A stretch of DNA of 64,000 nt from contig CAKZRU010000142.1 in NCBI GenBank assembly GCA_937146725.1, positions 17,726-81,725 on the forward strand. Direction: 5' to 3'. The position numbers were made by a program, and so were the translations under genes. The stretch comes from an uncultured Myxococcales bacterium (lineage in GTDB: Bacteria > Myxococcota_A > Bradymonadia > UBA7976 > VGTA01). Each line of letters begins with the position of its first letter. Position 1 is the first letter of the stretch. The notes beneath the pieces were generated by a model, which had not been told where the DNA came from, ran no database searches, and was given only the letters and a program-made list of their open reading frames with translations. This document shows, piece by piece, positions 48,102 through 57,686 of this stretch.

Positions 48102-48656
48102 TTATGCTTTTTCTATTTTTTGTGGCCACAGATAAATCACACCAGAAACAACAGTGAGCACAACTGATACCCAAAACAAGATATGACCAAGTTGATAAGA
48201 AAAGCTTAAAAAGCCTGTCATTGGAAGGGCTTCTATAAAGGTGCTTGGACCAAGCAAACATCCTACAGCGATCAGTTGGCAAAGAGTTTTAATCTTGCCC
48301 CACATATTTGCACCGGGAACCGACCCACCACTCACTCGCCATCCAGAAACAACCAAATCTCTTGTTAGAATGATAAAAACCGGCCAAGCGGGAATCACTC
48401 CCATTTCGATAAAGGTCAGCAAAGGACCTAATACCAAGAGTTTGTCCACTAGAGGATCAAGAAAACGCCCAAGTTCTGACTCTTGATCAAGACGTCTTGC
48501 TAAGTAACCATCAAGCCAATCCGATCCTGCTGCAAACATAAACAAACATTCTGTCCACCAAGTATTGGCTTCTTGAATCAGCATTCCCACCATTATGACG
48601 GGCACTAGGCATAGTCTAAAACTAGTGACGATTGTCGGGATCGTCATCACGGCCAT
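48102..48656 (-). CDS. pgsA: CDP-diacylglycerol--glycerol-3-phosphate 3-phosphatidyltransferase
   Basis: DWLDGYLARR...GRFLDPLVDK CDP-alcohol motif and GKIKT; ATG 48656 follows GAGG. Confidence 0.92.
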   Translation of the reverse strand: MAVMTIPTIVTSFRLCLVPVIMVGMLIQEANTWWTECLFMFAAGSDWLDGYLARRLDQESELGRFLDPLVDKLLVLGPLLTFIEMGVIPAWPVFIILTRDLVVSGWRVSGGSVPGANMWGKIKTLCQLIAVGCLLGPSTFIEALPMTGFLSFSYQLGHILFWVSVVLTVVSGVIYLWPQKIEKA

Positions 48657-48845
48657 GTGTACCACCTCTCATTTAATCTAAGTTCTATTGAGCTATACCA
48701 TTAAACTTCTCTGCTTATGAATACAAGCATTCTTAACGTGCAAAACCCAAGATGAACTTTTTAAACTTTTTTTGAACAAAGCCACAAGCTCAAAGGTAGT
48801 GCTCACATTCATCTACTTATTCACACCTTATGAAAGGGTTTTAAA

Positions 48846-49661
48846 ATGAAAAACATCACTTACCTATTGGCTCTAAGCTTAACTTTAATTTCACTTTCCG
48901 TATCTGCCGCACCTCGTAGACGAGTCATTGCAAATGATCATTCTTCAGCCCAACGAAATGATCGCTCTCCACCACAAAGAAGACGACGAATCATTCAAGC
49001 TCAACCAGCGAGTCATCAAGCTTCTCAGTCAAGAGTTCAGCGTCGTCAAGATCGTCAAGCTCAGCGTCGTCAAGATCGTCAAGCTCAGCGTCGTCAAGAT
49101 CGTCAAGCTCAGCGTCGTCAAGATCGCCAAGCTCAGCGTCGTCAAGATCGCCAAGCTCAGCGTCGTTATAGTCGCCGAGTAGAACGCCGTCAACAAAGAC
49201 GCTTAGAGCGTCGACAGCGCTCTGCCCATCGTTCCGTAAGTCGTCATCACGCTCGCCACAGTCGTCATCACCGAGATTTTCAGCGTGCTCAACGTCGTCA
49301 TCGTCGTATGCCGAGTTGGGTTTTTGCTCCTCCGACTCGTGTTGTGGTTGACCATCGTCATCTACCTGGTTCTAATGATGATGCCTTTTTTGACAGAATC
49401 TATCATGATGGTGCGCGTTATGGGATCAATAATGACTTTAGGGATGAAGAAAGAAGAATTCAACGTGGTATGCGTAAGGGCTTAATTACTCCTCGTGAAG
49501 CTCGTCACTTAAATGCCCTACTTATGGATGCTTATGACCTAGAAGATGCTTGTATTGCTGATGGATACTTAAGTGAAGAAGAAGAAGCTGATTTATATTG
49601 GGCTGAAAGAGATTTGAATCGCGCAATTCGCTGGGAGATGAGAGATTTTGATACTTGGTGA
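48846..49661 (+). CDS. Exported Arg/Gln/His-rich repeat protein with a helical C-terminal domain
   Basis: Signal peptide ending VSA; QRRQDRQA x5; C-terminal RIQRGMRKGLITPREA...ADGYLSEEE. Confidence 0.8.
   Translation: MKNITYLLALSLTLISLSVSAAPRRRVIANDHSSAQRNDRSPPQRRRRIIQAQPASHQASQSRVQRRQDRQAQRRQDRQAQRRQDRQAQRRQDRQAQRRQDRQAQRRYSRRVERRQQRRLERRQRSAHRSVSRHHARHSRHHRDFQRAQRRHRRMPSWVFAPPTRVVVDHRHLPGSNDDAFFDRIYHDGARYGINNDFRDEERRIQRGMRKGLITPREARHLNALLMDAYDLEDACIADGYLSEEEEADLYWAERDLNRAIRWEMRDFDTW
49038..49166 (+). repeat. 24-bp tandem repeat, 5 copies plus a partial copy
   Basis: cagcgtcgtcaagatcg(t/c)caagct repeated without spacers. Confidence 0.97.
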
Positions 49662-49784
49662 GTCCACCATTAATTAATAATATAAACTCATTCCTCTCCC
49701 ATCTATAACATAACAATTAAGAAACTAGACCCCTTCAGCGAAGTTCAGTATGCTCTCTTTACTCAACATTTAGAGAGGGTAAAA

Positions 49785-52685
49785 ATGAGCTTTCAAGGTG
49801 ACCTAACACTTAATCATTTCTTATATGTTTTAAAGAACTACTTTGGTAGCTTGTTAATAAGTACCATGATATTTGCTTGTGATGACCAAGTCTCTCAAAG
49901 CCTGCTTGATCAGTCAGTAAACACCACATTGGACCAAACACTTGAAGCTGATGCGGGGGAAGCTGACCAAGCGTTAGAGTCTAATGATATGATGATCAAT
50001 CGAGATCTTGGACTAGCCCCTCTAATTACAGAATGTAGTTCAACTCAAATCATCCAAAGTAGCCCTCAATCCAATGAAGGTCGCTTGATTGACGCAGAAC
50101 AAGAGCCAGAGCTAAACTTGATTTCATGGGCTTGGCCCGAAAATAGTCTTCAGGCGATCATACAGACCCAAGAGGGACGGAGTGTGACTGAGCCACAGGC
50201 GGATCAATGGCCTGAGATTACTTTATCTTGTGAAGACTTACCTCGTCCAGATGGGTTACGTACTCCGTTTTCGCCTATTTATAGTATTACGCCTAAGTTG
50301 CAAGGTGAACAGATTTATTGGTCATGGCATCGACCCGCTCGTTTACAGATCTATCTAAACTACATTTTTGAAAATGATGATGTGCCCTATGATGAATTAG
50401 AATTATGGTGGTGGCCCTTTAAAGCTCAGTTAAATCAAGATCGTGCTTCCTTTATACCAACACCAAAGCGACTAATGCTACGTAACCCAAGTTGGGATAC
50501 TGAGCAACAAAGCTTAAGTTTTGATGTTGATGAATGGGGCGCTTATACTCTTATGCGTCGAGTCAAGTCAGACTCTGAGCTAGAACCTAAACCATTCACA
50601 TACAGAGCGATTATGGGGGTGAGCATGGGCGGAGGCGGAAGTGCCCATATTGGTGCTCGTCATCCGGAATTATTTGATTTTGTGGCACCTTTAGGAGGTC
50701 CGTCAGATTGGCTCTACATGCTCCATTATGTTACCGACCGCTTGTTATCCGGTTTTTGTAACGATAACTTAGGAGAGTTTTGTGGTAATGGACCTAGTCA
50801 AGATGACTATGAACAGTATTCTGACTACTTAAACTGGATTTATACAGAAAATGGCGCTCAATTTGACCGAGATATGTATATTAAAGTTTTTCAAGATGTC
50901 GTTTTTGCCTTTGGCAACCCTACAAGCTATCATCCTAGTGGTTCTTATTTGCCTCCGGGTATTCCGGTCAACGAACTCCTCAGGTCAAAGCAAGATCGCT
51001 GTCGCCAAGAATGTCGAGAAGATAATTGTGATGATAATAATAATTGGTTAAAGCTCACGCAATTTTATGATGATCAATTTAATCCCGAGGGAACTTATTC
51101 GGTGATCCCTGTTTGTGATGGCAATGCGGGTGATGGACCTCCTGCCCAATGGGCAGATTTAGAGCATAGACAGCCAAGTGACTTATTTTTAGCGGTCGAT
51201 CTCAATGACAATGGCCGAAGAGACCAAAATGAGCCAATTATCGTCAATGTTTCTGAACCTTTTCAAGATGTAGGCTGTGATGGTTTGGCTGACGAAGATG
51301 AAGAAGGGTATCACCCACTCTTTAATCCTGATCCGGCAGGAGATAACTTTCATTGGCTTTATCATCCATTTGGTACAGAGGGTGATCGTTTGTTCCAAGG
51401 CGCAAATGGTGATGTTGGTCTAGAGCTTGAAGAATGGCCACAGCAAGTACTTAATCCGAGTTATAACCCTGTTTCAACAATTAAATCAGTGCTTGAACGT
51501 ATGGCTTGTCAAGCCGGTGAAGCCGGAGAGCCCTTTGATGATTTTGGCCTAGATGGTGTGCCGTTAACGACAAGTTTTGATGAAGGTGGTTTTGATTGGG
51601 GCGAGGGCAATGGTCGCTTTGATTACAATCCGCATAAGATAAACTTTATGGCAGTGAATCCTGCTTTTTGGCTCGCTGATGCCCTAAGTAATCCTCAAGG
51701 TTCTGTTCCTAGATTTTGGATTGATGGGGGAATTAGGGATGTTATGAATTTTGCTGTGGCTAGTATGCATTTAGCCGGTCGCTTACATGCATTAAGTGAA
51801 GCGCCTCTCACCTTGTTTGATAGCTTTAAGTCTCTACTTGGAGCGGATTTATACTTACCAGGTCGAGCACCAGTAAATCCTCTGCATAAGGTTGGTCAAC
51901 ATGTTCTATTTAGGTACGGCAACCCTGATGCTAGTCCCCAAGAAATAGAACAGGGGGATGGAGGCCATGTGGGTACAAATGCACAAGCTGCCGGTAGAGT
52001 AAGCGGAGCCTTAGATTGGATGGCAAGCGCGTGGAAAGAAAGTTTATCAGATGAACCAGCCGGCAACAGTGGTCCACAGGTGCTTTCAGACTCTGTGAAT
52101 TCTGAATACTTTGGTGGGCGCTATCACTTTGAAGTTGTGACTCCACCGGGATATGATGATGATGCTAATCAAGATCGACACTATCCAGTGGTCTACTTTT
52201 TACATGGTTATGGGCAACGCGCTAGCTATGCAACCAGCTCAAATGTTTTATTTAGCGGAGCGATGAGCTCAGGTATATGGCCGCCCATGATCTTTGTATA
52301 TCCTGACGGCGCTTGCTCTGACATGAAAGTACGAGCATGCAATGATGGCGTTGATAACGATGGTGATGGCCTAGTAGATTTGGCTGATCCGGGTTGTCAA
52401 GATAATGAGCGTCGTCGAGTTGAAGATGATGATCCTGAAGAAAGTAGTCCGCCACGCTGTCGGGATCGAGTTGACAATGATCTTGATGGTTTAGTTGATT
52501 TGGACGATCCCGGCTGTCTTACCCCTGACCATGATGATGAGGGCGAATGCCGAGAGGGTACTTTTTATTTGAACCATTTAGTCAATATTGATGGAATAAG
52601 TACAGGGCGTGACTATGAAGGCGCTTTTTTAGATATGATTCGCTATGTTGATCAAAATTATCGCACCTTAGCCGGCAACGAATAA
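49785..52685 (+). CDS. Large lipoprotein alpha/beta-hydrolase (esterase-like, circularly permuted) with Asp-rich Ca-binding-like inserts
   Basis: Lipobox IFAC; RAIMGVSMGG, WIDGGIRD, GGH; C-terminal PPGY..YPVVYFLHGYG..MIFVYPDG..YVDQNYRT; CxDxxDNDxDGLVDLxDPGC x2. Confidence 0.8.
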   Translation: MSFQGDLTLNHFLYVLKNYFGSLLISTMIFACDDQVSQSLLDQSVNTTLDQTLEADAGEADQALESNDMMINRDLGLAPLITECSSTQIIQSSPQSNEGRLIDAEQEPELNLISWAWPENSLQAIIQTQEGRSVTEPQADQWPEITLSCEDLPRPDGLRTPFSPIYSITPKLQGEQIYWSWHRPARLQIYLNYIFENDDVPYDELELWWWPFKAQLNQDRASFIPTPKRLMLRNPSWDTEQQSLSFDVDEWGAYTLMRRVKSDSELEPKPFTYRAIMGVSMGGGGSAHIGARHPELFDFVAPLGGPSDWLYMLHYVTDRLLSGFCNDNLGEFCGNGPSQDDYEQYSDYLNWIYTENGAQFDRDMYIKVFQDVVFAFGNPTSYHPSGSYLPPGIPVNELLRSKQDRCRQECREDNCDDNNNWLKLTQFYDDQFNPEGTYSVIPVCDGNAGDGPPAQWADLEHRQPSDLFLAVDLNDNGRRDQNEPIIVNVSEPFQDVGCDGLADEDEEGYHPLFNPDPAGDNFHWLYHPFGTEGDRLFQGANGDVGLELEEWPQQVLNPSYNPVSTIKSVLERMACQAGEAGEPFDDFGLDGVPLTTSFDEGGFDWGEGNGRFDYNPHKINFMAVNPAFWLADALSNPQGSVPRFWIDGGIRDVMNFAVASMHLAGRLHALSEAPLTLFDSFKSLLGADLYLPGRAPVNPLHKVGQHVLFRYGNPDASPQEIEQGDGGHVGTNAQAAGRVSGALDWMASAWKESLSDEPAGNSGPQVLSDSVNSEYFGGRYHFEVVTPPGYDDDANQDRHYPVVYFLHGYGQRASYATSSNVLFSGAMSSGIWPPMIFVYPDGACSDMKVRACNDGVDNDGDGLVDLADPGCQDNERRRVEDDDPEESSPPRCRDRVDNDLDGLVDLDDPGCLTPDHDDEGECREGTFYLNHLVNIDGISTGRDYEGAFLDMIRYVDQNYRTLAGNE

Positions 52686-52763
52686 GCCTTTTTTTCATCT
52701 TATCTTTGTGTTCGTACTAAACAAAACGGATCATTCTTAAACTACAGATTGGGATTTATTGAT

Positions 52764-53597
52764 ATGTCATCACCACTAAGTGGAAAAACACTTTTTATTA
52801 CCGGAGCCAGTCGTGGAATCGGCAAAGCAATCGCCTTAAAGGCAGCCCAAGATGGTGCAAATATCATTATTGCCGCTAAAACGACCGAGCCTCATCCAAA
52901 ATTAGAGGGCACAATCTATACTGCTGCTAAAGAAATTGAAGCTTCAGGCGGACAGGCAATGCCAGCTGTGGTTGATGTTCGCTTTGAAGAGTCGATTAGT
53001 CAGGCTGTTCAAGCCGGAGTTGAACGCTTTGGAGGAATTGATATTTTAGTCAATAATGCTAGCGCAATCAGTCTAACACCAACCTTGATGACTGATATGA
53101 AACGCTATGATTTGATGCATCAAGTCAATACTCGCGGAACTTTTTTATGCTCAAAGTTATGTTTACCCTACCTTCTGAAAGCGGAAAAGCCACATATTCT
53201 CAATATCTCACCGCCCTTAAACATGGAAGCGCGTTGGTTTGCACCCCATGTCGCTTATACGATGGCTAAATATGGTATGAGTATGTGTGTTTTAGGCATG
53301 GCGAGTGAGTTTGGTAAAAAAGGTGTGGCCGTAAATGCCTTATGGCCAAGAACAGCGATTGCCACGGCGGCTGTCAGTAATGTTTTAGGGGGTGAGTCGG
53401 CAATGAAGCGTTGTCGTACGCCCGAAATTATGGCCGATGCGGCTCATTGGATTCTGCAGCAACATACCAATGAACTGAATGGCGAATTCTTAATCGATGA
53501 TGAAGTCTTGAAAAGAGCAGGCGTTGAGGATCTTAGTTCTTATGCTGTTGTCCCCGGAACGCCAGATGAACAACTTCTTCCAGACTTTTTTGTCTAA
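52764..53597 (+). CDS. Short-chain dehydrogenase/reductase, HSDL2-like
   Basis: TGASRGIG, AAKTTEPHPKLEGTI, NNASAI, YTMAK and NALWP motifs. Confidence 0.93.
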   Translation: MSSPLSGKTLFITGASRGIGKAIALKAAQDGANIIIAAKTTEPHPKLEGTIYTAAKEIEASGGQAMPAVVDVRFEESISQAVQAGVERFGGIDILVNNASAISLTPTLMTDMKRYDLMHQVNTRGTFLCSKLCLPYLLKAEKPHILNISPPLNMEARWFAPHVAYTMAKYGMSMCVLGMASEFGKKGVAVNALWPRTAIATAAVSNVLGGESAMKRCRTPEIMADAAHWILQQHTNELNGEFLIDDEVLKRAGVEDLSSYAVVPGTPDEQLLPDFFV

Positions 53598-53611
53598 TAT
53601 TGCTTAGCGAA

Positions 53612-55615
53612 TTAGCGAATCCCTTCGCCGGCTTTTGGACCTTCGGGGACTTCAACAAGACGCATCGTTTCTCCCTCGCCGGCCGCTAAGATCATTCCCT
53701 GACTCAAAATCCCACGAATTTTACGGGGCTTCAAGTTAGCAAGTAAAGCAACTCGTTTACCGATGAGCTCTGCAGGCTTGTAAACAGATGCAATCCCAGC
53801 ACATACTGTTCTAAGTTCAGCTTCACCCACATCAACGCTAAGCTTTAGTAAACGGTCAGCATTGGGATGAGCTTCTGCGTCAACAACCACTGCAACTTTG
53901 ACATCAAGCTTGGTAAAGTCCTCAAACTCAATCGTTTTTTTGGTGTCTTCTGAAGCTTGTTTTTGACCTTTTTGGTCTTCTTTTTTACTTATGTTGCCCT
54001 CTTTTTTGGCTAGAGTCTTTGCTTGAGTTTCTGTCACTACTTGAGACTTGCGAGTCAGCTCCAAAGGCCCCTCAATTCTTGGGAAAAGAGCAAGTCCACT
54101 GCTTAGTTCTTGGCCACCCTTTAATACAGTTCCCCAAGCATCAGACATAGTCTGAGCAAAGGACCAAGTGCTTTCATCAACCTTAATCGCCTGTAATAAC
54201 TCTTTTGCTTTACTTGGTAAGAAGGGCAAGGTCCACACACCGATGATACGTAATAGTTCAATGAGATTATAAAGGACTTTATCCAACTCCTTGGCCTTTT
54301 CATCTCCAGCCTTGGCTAAGGTCCATGGTGCGGCACTGTCCACATACTTATTGCCGGCACTGACCGCCGTCCAGATGGCTCGTAGAGCATCATGGAAACG
54401 ATAGTTTGACATCTGCTTGATAAGCTCTTGACGCGCTTCACTTACCGTATTTAATAATTGTTCTTCAAGCTCTGACCAAGATGTATCTTTAGGGCTGACT
54501 TCTTGCGGTAAAACTGATTTGCGATACTTTTTAAGCATACCAAGCGTTCGATTCAGTAGATTACCATAGTCATTGGCAAGTTCACTATTGATACGGGTAA
54601 TCAAAGCAGATTGACTAAAGTCCCCATCTGAACCAAAAGGGATTTCACGAAGCAGGAAATACCTAAAAGCATCAGCTCCAACTGCGGCCACTGCCTTGAG
54701 AGGATCAATGGCATTTCCCTTACTTTTACTCATTTTTTCGCCCTCAACAGTCCACCAGCCATGAGCAATAATTTGCTTTGGTAATGGCAAGCCGGCGCTC
54801 ATCAAAAAGCAGGGCCAAAATACAGCATGAAAACGCAAAATATCTTTACCAATAATGTGATGTGCTGCTGGCCAGAACTTGTCATAAAGATCTCCATTAG
54901 GCCCGCCAAGCGCGCTGATATAGTTGGTTAATGCATCCACCCAAACATAGGTTACATGCTGATCATCATTGGGAACCGGAATCCCCCAAGAAAAGCTAGT
55001 TCGACTGATCGAAATATCTTTTAGCCCTTGTTCCACAAAGCGCTTAATTTCATTGGCTCGAGTATGAGGTAAAACAAAATCCGGATGGGCCTCAAAATAT
55101 GCGAGTAAGGCATCGGTATATTTGGAGAGTCTAAAGAAATAACTCTTTTCTACAACCCATTCTACCGGATGTCCACTTGGTGCCTTACCATTGACTAACT
55201 CATCTTCTGTAAAATAAGCTTCATCACTAACACTATACCACCCCGCATACTCTCCGAGATAAATGTCACCATTGGCTTCCATGCGTTGCCACATTTCTTG
55301 CACAACCTTTTGGTGACGAGCTTCAGTCGTCCTAATAAAGTCGTTATTTTCAGCATCAATGATCCCACACAGCTCTCTAAAAGGCTGTGAATAGCGATCT
55401 GCATGTTCTTGAGGACTGACGCCGGTATTACGCGCTGCTTGCTCGATTTTTAGGCCATGCTCGTCAGTACCTGTAAGAAAGTAGCTTTCATGACCAAGAA
55501 GCTTGTGCCAACGAGAGAGTGTGTCGGCTGCTAAAGTCGTATAAGCATGCCCCACGTGAGGTACATCATTAACATAATAAATGGGGGTGGTGACATAAAA
55601 TGGCTTTGTGTTCAT
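53612..55615 (-). CDS. metG: Methionine--tRNA ligase with a C-terminal tRNA-binding domain
   Basis: TTPIYYVNDVPHVGH, GTDEHG, YVWVDAL, GKDILRFH, KMSKS and ANLKPRKIRGILSQGMIL motifs; ATG 55615 follows GAGGAG. Confidence 0.97.
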   Translation of the reverse strand: MNTKPFYVTTPIYYVNDVPHVGHAYTTLAADTLSRWHKLLGHESYFLTGTDEHGLKIEQAARNTGVSPQEHADRYSQPFRELCGIIDAENNDFIRTTEARHQKVVQEMWQRMEANGDIYLGEYAGWYSVSDEAYFTEDELVNGKAPSGHPVEWVVEKSYFFRLSKYTDALLAYFEAHPDFVLPHTRANEIKRFVEQGLKDISISRTSFSWGIPVPNDDQHVTYVWVDALTNYISALGGPNGDLYDKFWPAAHHIIGKDILRFHAVFWPCFLMSAGLPLPKQIIAHGWWTVEGEKMSKSKGNAIDPLKAVAAVGADAFRYFLLREIPFGSDGDFSQSALITRINSELANDYGNLLNRTLGMLKKYRKSVLPQEVSPKDTSWSELEEQLLNTVSEARQELIKQMSNYRFHDALRAIWTAVSAGNKYVDSAAPWTLAKAGDEKAKELDKVLYNLIELLRIIGVWTLPFLPSKAKELLQAIKVDESTWSFAQTMSDAWGTVLKGGQELSSGLALFPRIEGPLELTRKSQVVTETQAKTLAKKEGNISKKEDQKGQKQASEDTKKTIEFEDFTKLDVKVAVVVDAEAHPNADRLLKLSVDVGEAELRTVCAGIASVYKPAELIGKRVALLANLKPRKIRGILSQGMILAAGEGETMRLVEVPEGPKAGEGIR

Positions 55616-55757
55616 TACCGACTCCTCTCTAGAAATCATTGCAGGAAATCATTGCAGGCGCTGTTTATCACAGTGATTCAATAGACGCTAGTCCACATCT
55701 ATGCTTTAGTTAATTTATCCCAAGTTTATGATCAATCATCTAGTGTTGAGGTTATGT

Positions 55758-56774
55758 ATGTTAGTCATCGGCGGTGAAAACCTTTTCGATATGATTTCAG
55801 AAGTTAAAGATGGGGCATTATCATATAAAGCTGTACCCGGTGGCTCTCCCTACAACACAGCGGTCGCCGCGGGGCGTTTAGGCGCACAAGTATGCTATCT
55901 TAGTCCCATTTCGAATGATCATTTGGGAGATCATTTAGTGCGGTATCTTAGCGACTCCCAAGTTAGTTTTTTAGGAGATAGAGTTGAGGCGCCTACTTCC
56001 TTAGCTTTAGTGAACTTAAGCAATGGACAGGCAAGCTATCAGTTTTATCGCACAGACACTGCTGAACGCTTAGTTCAACTTAACGCTCTTAAAGACAAAT
56101 GCCGGCAAGCGATCAATCAAGAATATAGTATGTTACATATCGGTTCTTTGGCCCTTACCGGTGAAGAAGATGGTGAAACTTGGTGCCAAGTTTTTGAGTG
56201 GGCTCATTCCAAGATGTTGACCTCAGTCGACCTAAATATTCGCCCGCAATTTATTGAACATGAAGTCAACTATCGACAAAGATTACAGCGAATCATGAAT
56301 GCGGCCACTGTGGTTAAGCTGAGTGATGAAGATTTAGCTTGGTGGTTGGACTCTAATGCAAACTCTGAGCAAGTAAAATCGAAGAAAACTAAAGAACTAA
56401 GCGATGCTGAGATTGAGCTTGCCTGTTTTAAACTTTTAGAAAGCATTTCAGCTAAAATGCTTCTACTTACTCAAGGTAGCTATGGTTCACGTTTATTTGT
56501 CCAAAACCAAGCGAATGACTTTGTTGACTCAAGTTTACGACCGGCTTTTAAGACCGAGTCATTTAAAGATACAGTGGGTGCCGGAGACACTTTTATGGGC
56601 GTATTTTTAGCTAAACTGCAAGAGCTTAAAGTAACCTCAAGTCATACATGGACACTGCAGGAACTCAGACCCGCTTTACGGTATGCGTCAATGGCGGCTA
56701 CGATCAACTGTGAGCGTGTAGGCTGTAATCCTCCTTATCGTGAGATGGTTTTACAGCGCTTAAGCCAATCATAA
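55758..56774 (+). CDS. PfkB family carbohydrate kinase (fructokinase-like)
   Basis: GENLFD, PGGSPYNTA, DLNIRP, KLSDED and DTVGAGDTF motifs. Confidence 0.93.
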   Translation: MLVIGGENLFDMISEVKDGALSYKAVPGGSPYNTAVAAGRLGAQVCYLSPISNDHLGDHLVRYLSDSQVSFLGDRVEAPTSLALVNLSNGQASYQFYRTDTAERLVQLNALKDKCRQAINQEYSMLHIGSLALTGEEDGETWCQVFEWAHSKMLTSVDLNIRPQFIEHEVNYRQRLQRIMNAATVVKLSDEDLAWWLDSNANSEQVKSKKTKELSDAEIELACFKLLESISAKMLLLTQGSYGSRLFVQNQANDFVDSSLRPAFKTESFKDTVGAGDTFMGVFLAKLQELKVTSSHTWTLQELRPALRYASMAATINCERVGCNPPYREMVLQRLSQS

Positions 56775-56798
56775 CTCACAGAAGATTCAAGTTAGGTC

Positions 56799-57545
56799 AT
56801 GATAGTGAACTTTAAAAACATCATACTCTTATTCGTTTTAGGCTACCCTTATTTGGCTTGGTCTCAAGCCCAAGAAGCCCAAGAAGCCCAAGAGTCAATT
56901 GCTGCCAAACCAAGCTTTGAGCTCGCACAAATCAACCAGAGCTGTGATTCAAACACTGAAACAGTCTCAATCATTTTACATAGAACCAAAAGGGATCAAA
57001 AGATCAAAGCGCCAAAGGGTCTTGACTCAGATCAAGCTTGGTTGTCGGCCCAGCTTAAAGAGGCTCAAAGTCTATTTAAAGAGATTGGTGTATGTTTTCA
57101 GTTTACCGAAGATCATGGCTTGCCTAAGAGTGAATCACAGATGAAAACTCGTACTCAAAGGACGCGCTTAGGTCGAAAGAGTGGACGGTTGCATAAGGGT
57201 CATATTGATTTATTTATTGTGAATAAGTTAGTGGATGTAGATGTACCAGATCAGCAAATCAGAGGAGTGCATTGGCGTGATCCCAAAGACCGTAAACATA
57301 AGCGTTGGATCATTTTATCTCGCATTGCTCGGCCAAAAGTGCTTGCCCATGAACTTGGGCACTACTTTGATCTACCGCATAGTAAGTATCCTAAAAGTAT
57401 AATGAATAAAACGCCCAGAACAGTACCACCGATGAATGAACGTGGCTTTGTTAAGGCTGAATATAAGATCATGAAAAAAGCTTGGACTCGCATGAAAAGA
57501 AGTAAACATCTCGTGCCTGTCTCAGCTTTAAACGCACTCAAATAA
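56799..57545 (+). CDS. Exported metzincin-like zinc metalloprotease
   Basis: Signal peptide; HELGHYFDLPH zinc motif followed by a SIM Met-turn. Confidence 0.8.
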   Translation: MIVNFKNIILLFVLGYPYLAWSQAQEAQEAQESIAAKPSFELAQINQSCDSNTETVSIILHRTKRDQKIKAPKGLDSDQAWLSAQLKEAQSLFKEIGVCFQFTEDHGLPKSESQMKTRTQRTRLGRKSGRLHKGHIDLFIVNKLVDVDVPDQQIRGVHWRDPKDRKHKRWIILSRIARPKVLAHELGHYFDLPHSKYPKSIMNKTPRTVPPMNERGFVKAEYKIMKKAWTRMKRSKHLVPVSALNALK

Positions 57546-57686
57546 CCTAAGTTTGTCATAGTGAGAATGTAGCATCTAGTGTGGAGTATTTGGCAAGAAA
57601 CAAGAACTTCACTTGCTGAGAGCGCTGAGTCTTGCTAGATCTTCGGGCTTGATCATAATGAGATCAACTTTTTAAGCCGATAAGGA

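Noticed and set aside
49038..49166. 24-bp direct repeats as a CRISPR array
   Set aside because: The repeats are contiguous with no spacers, lie in frame in a coding region, and no cas genes are present.
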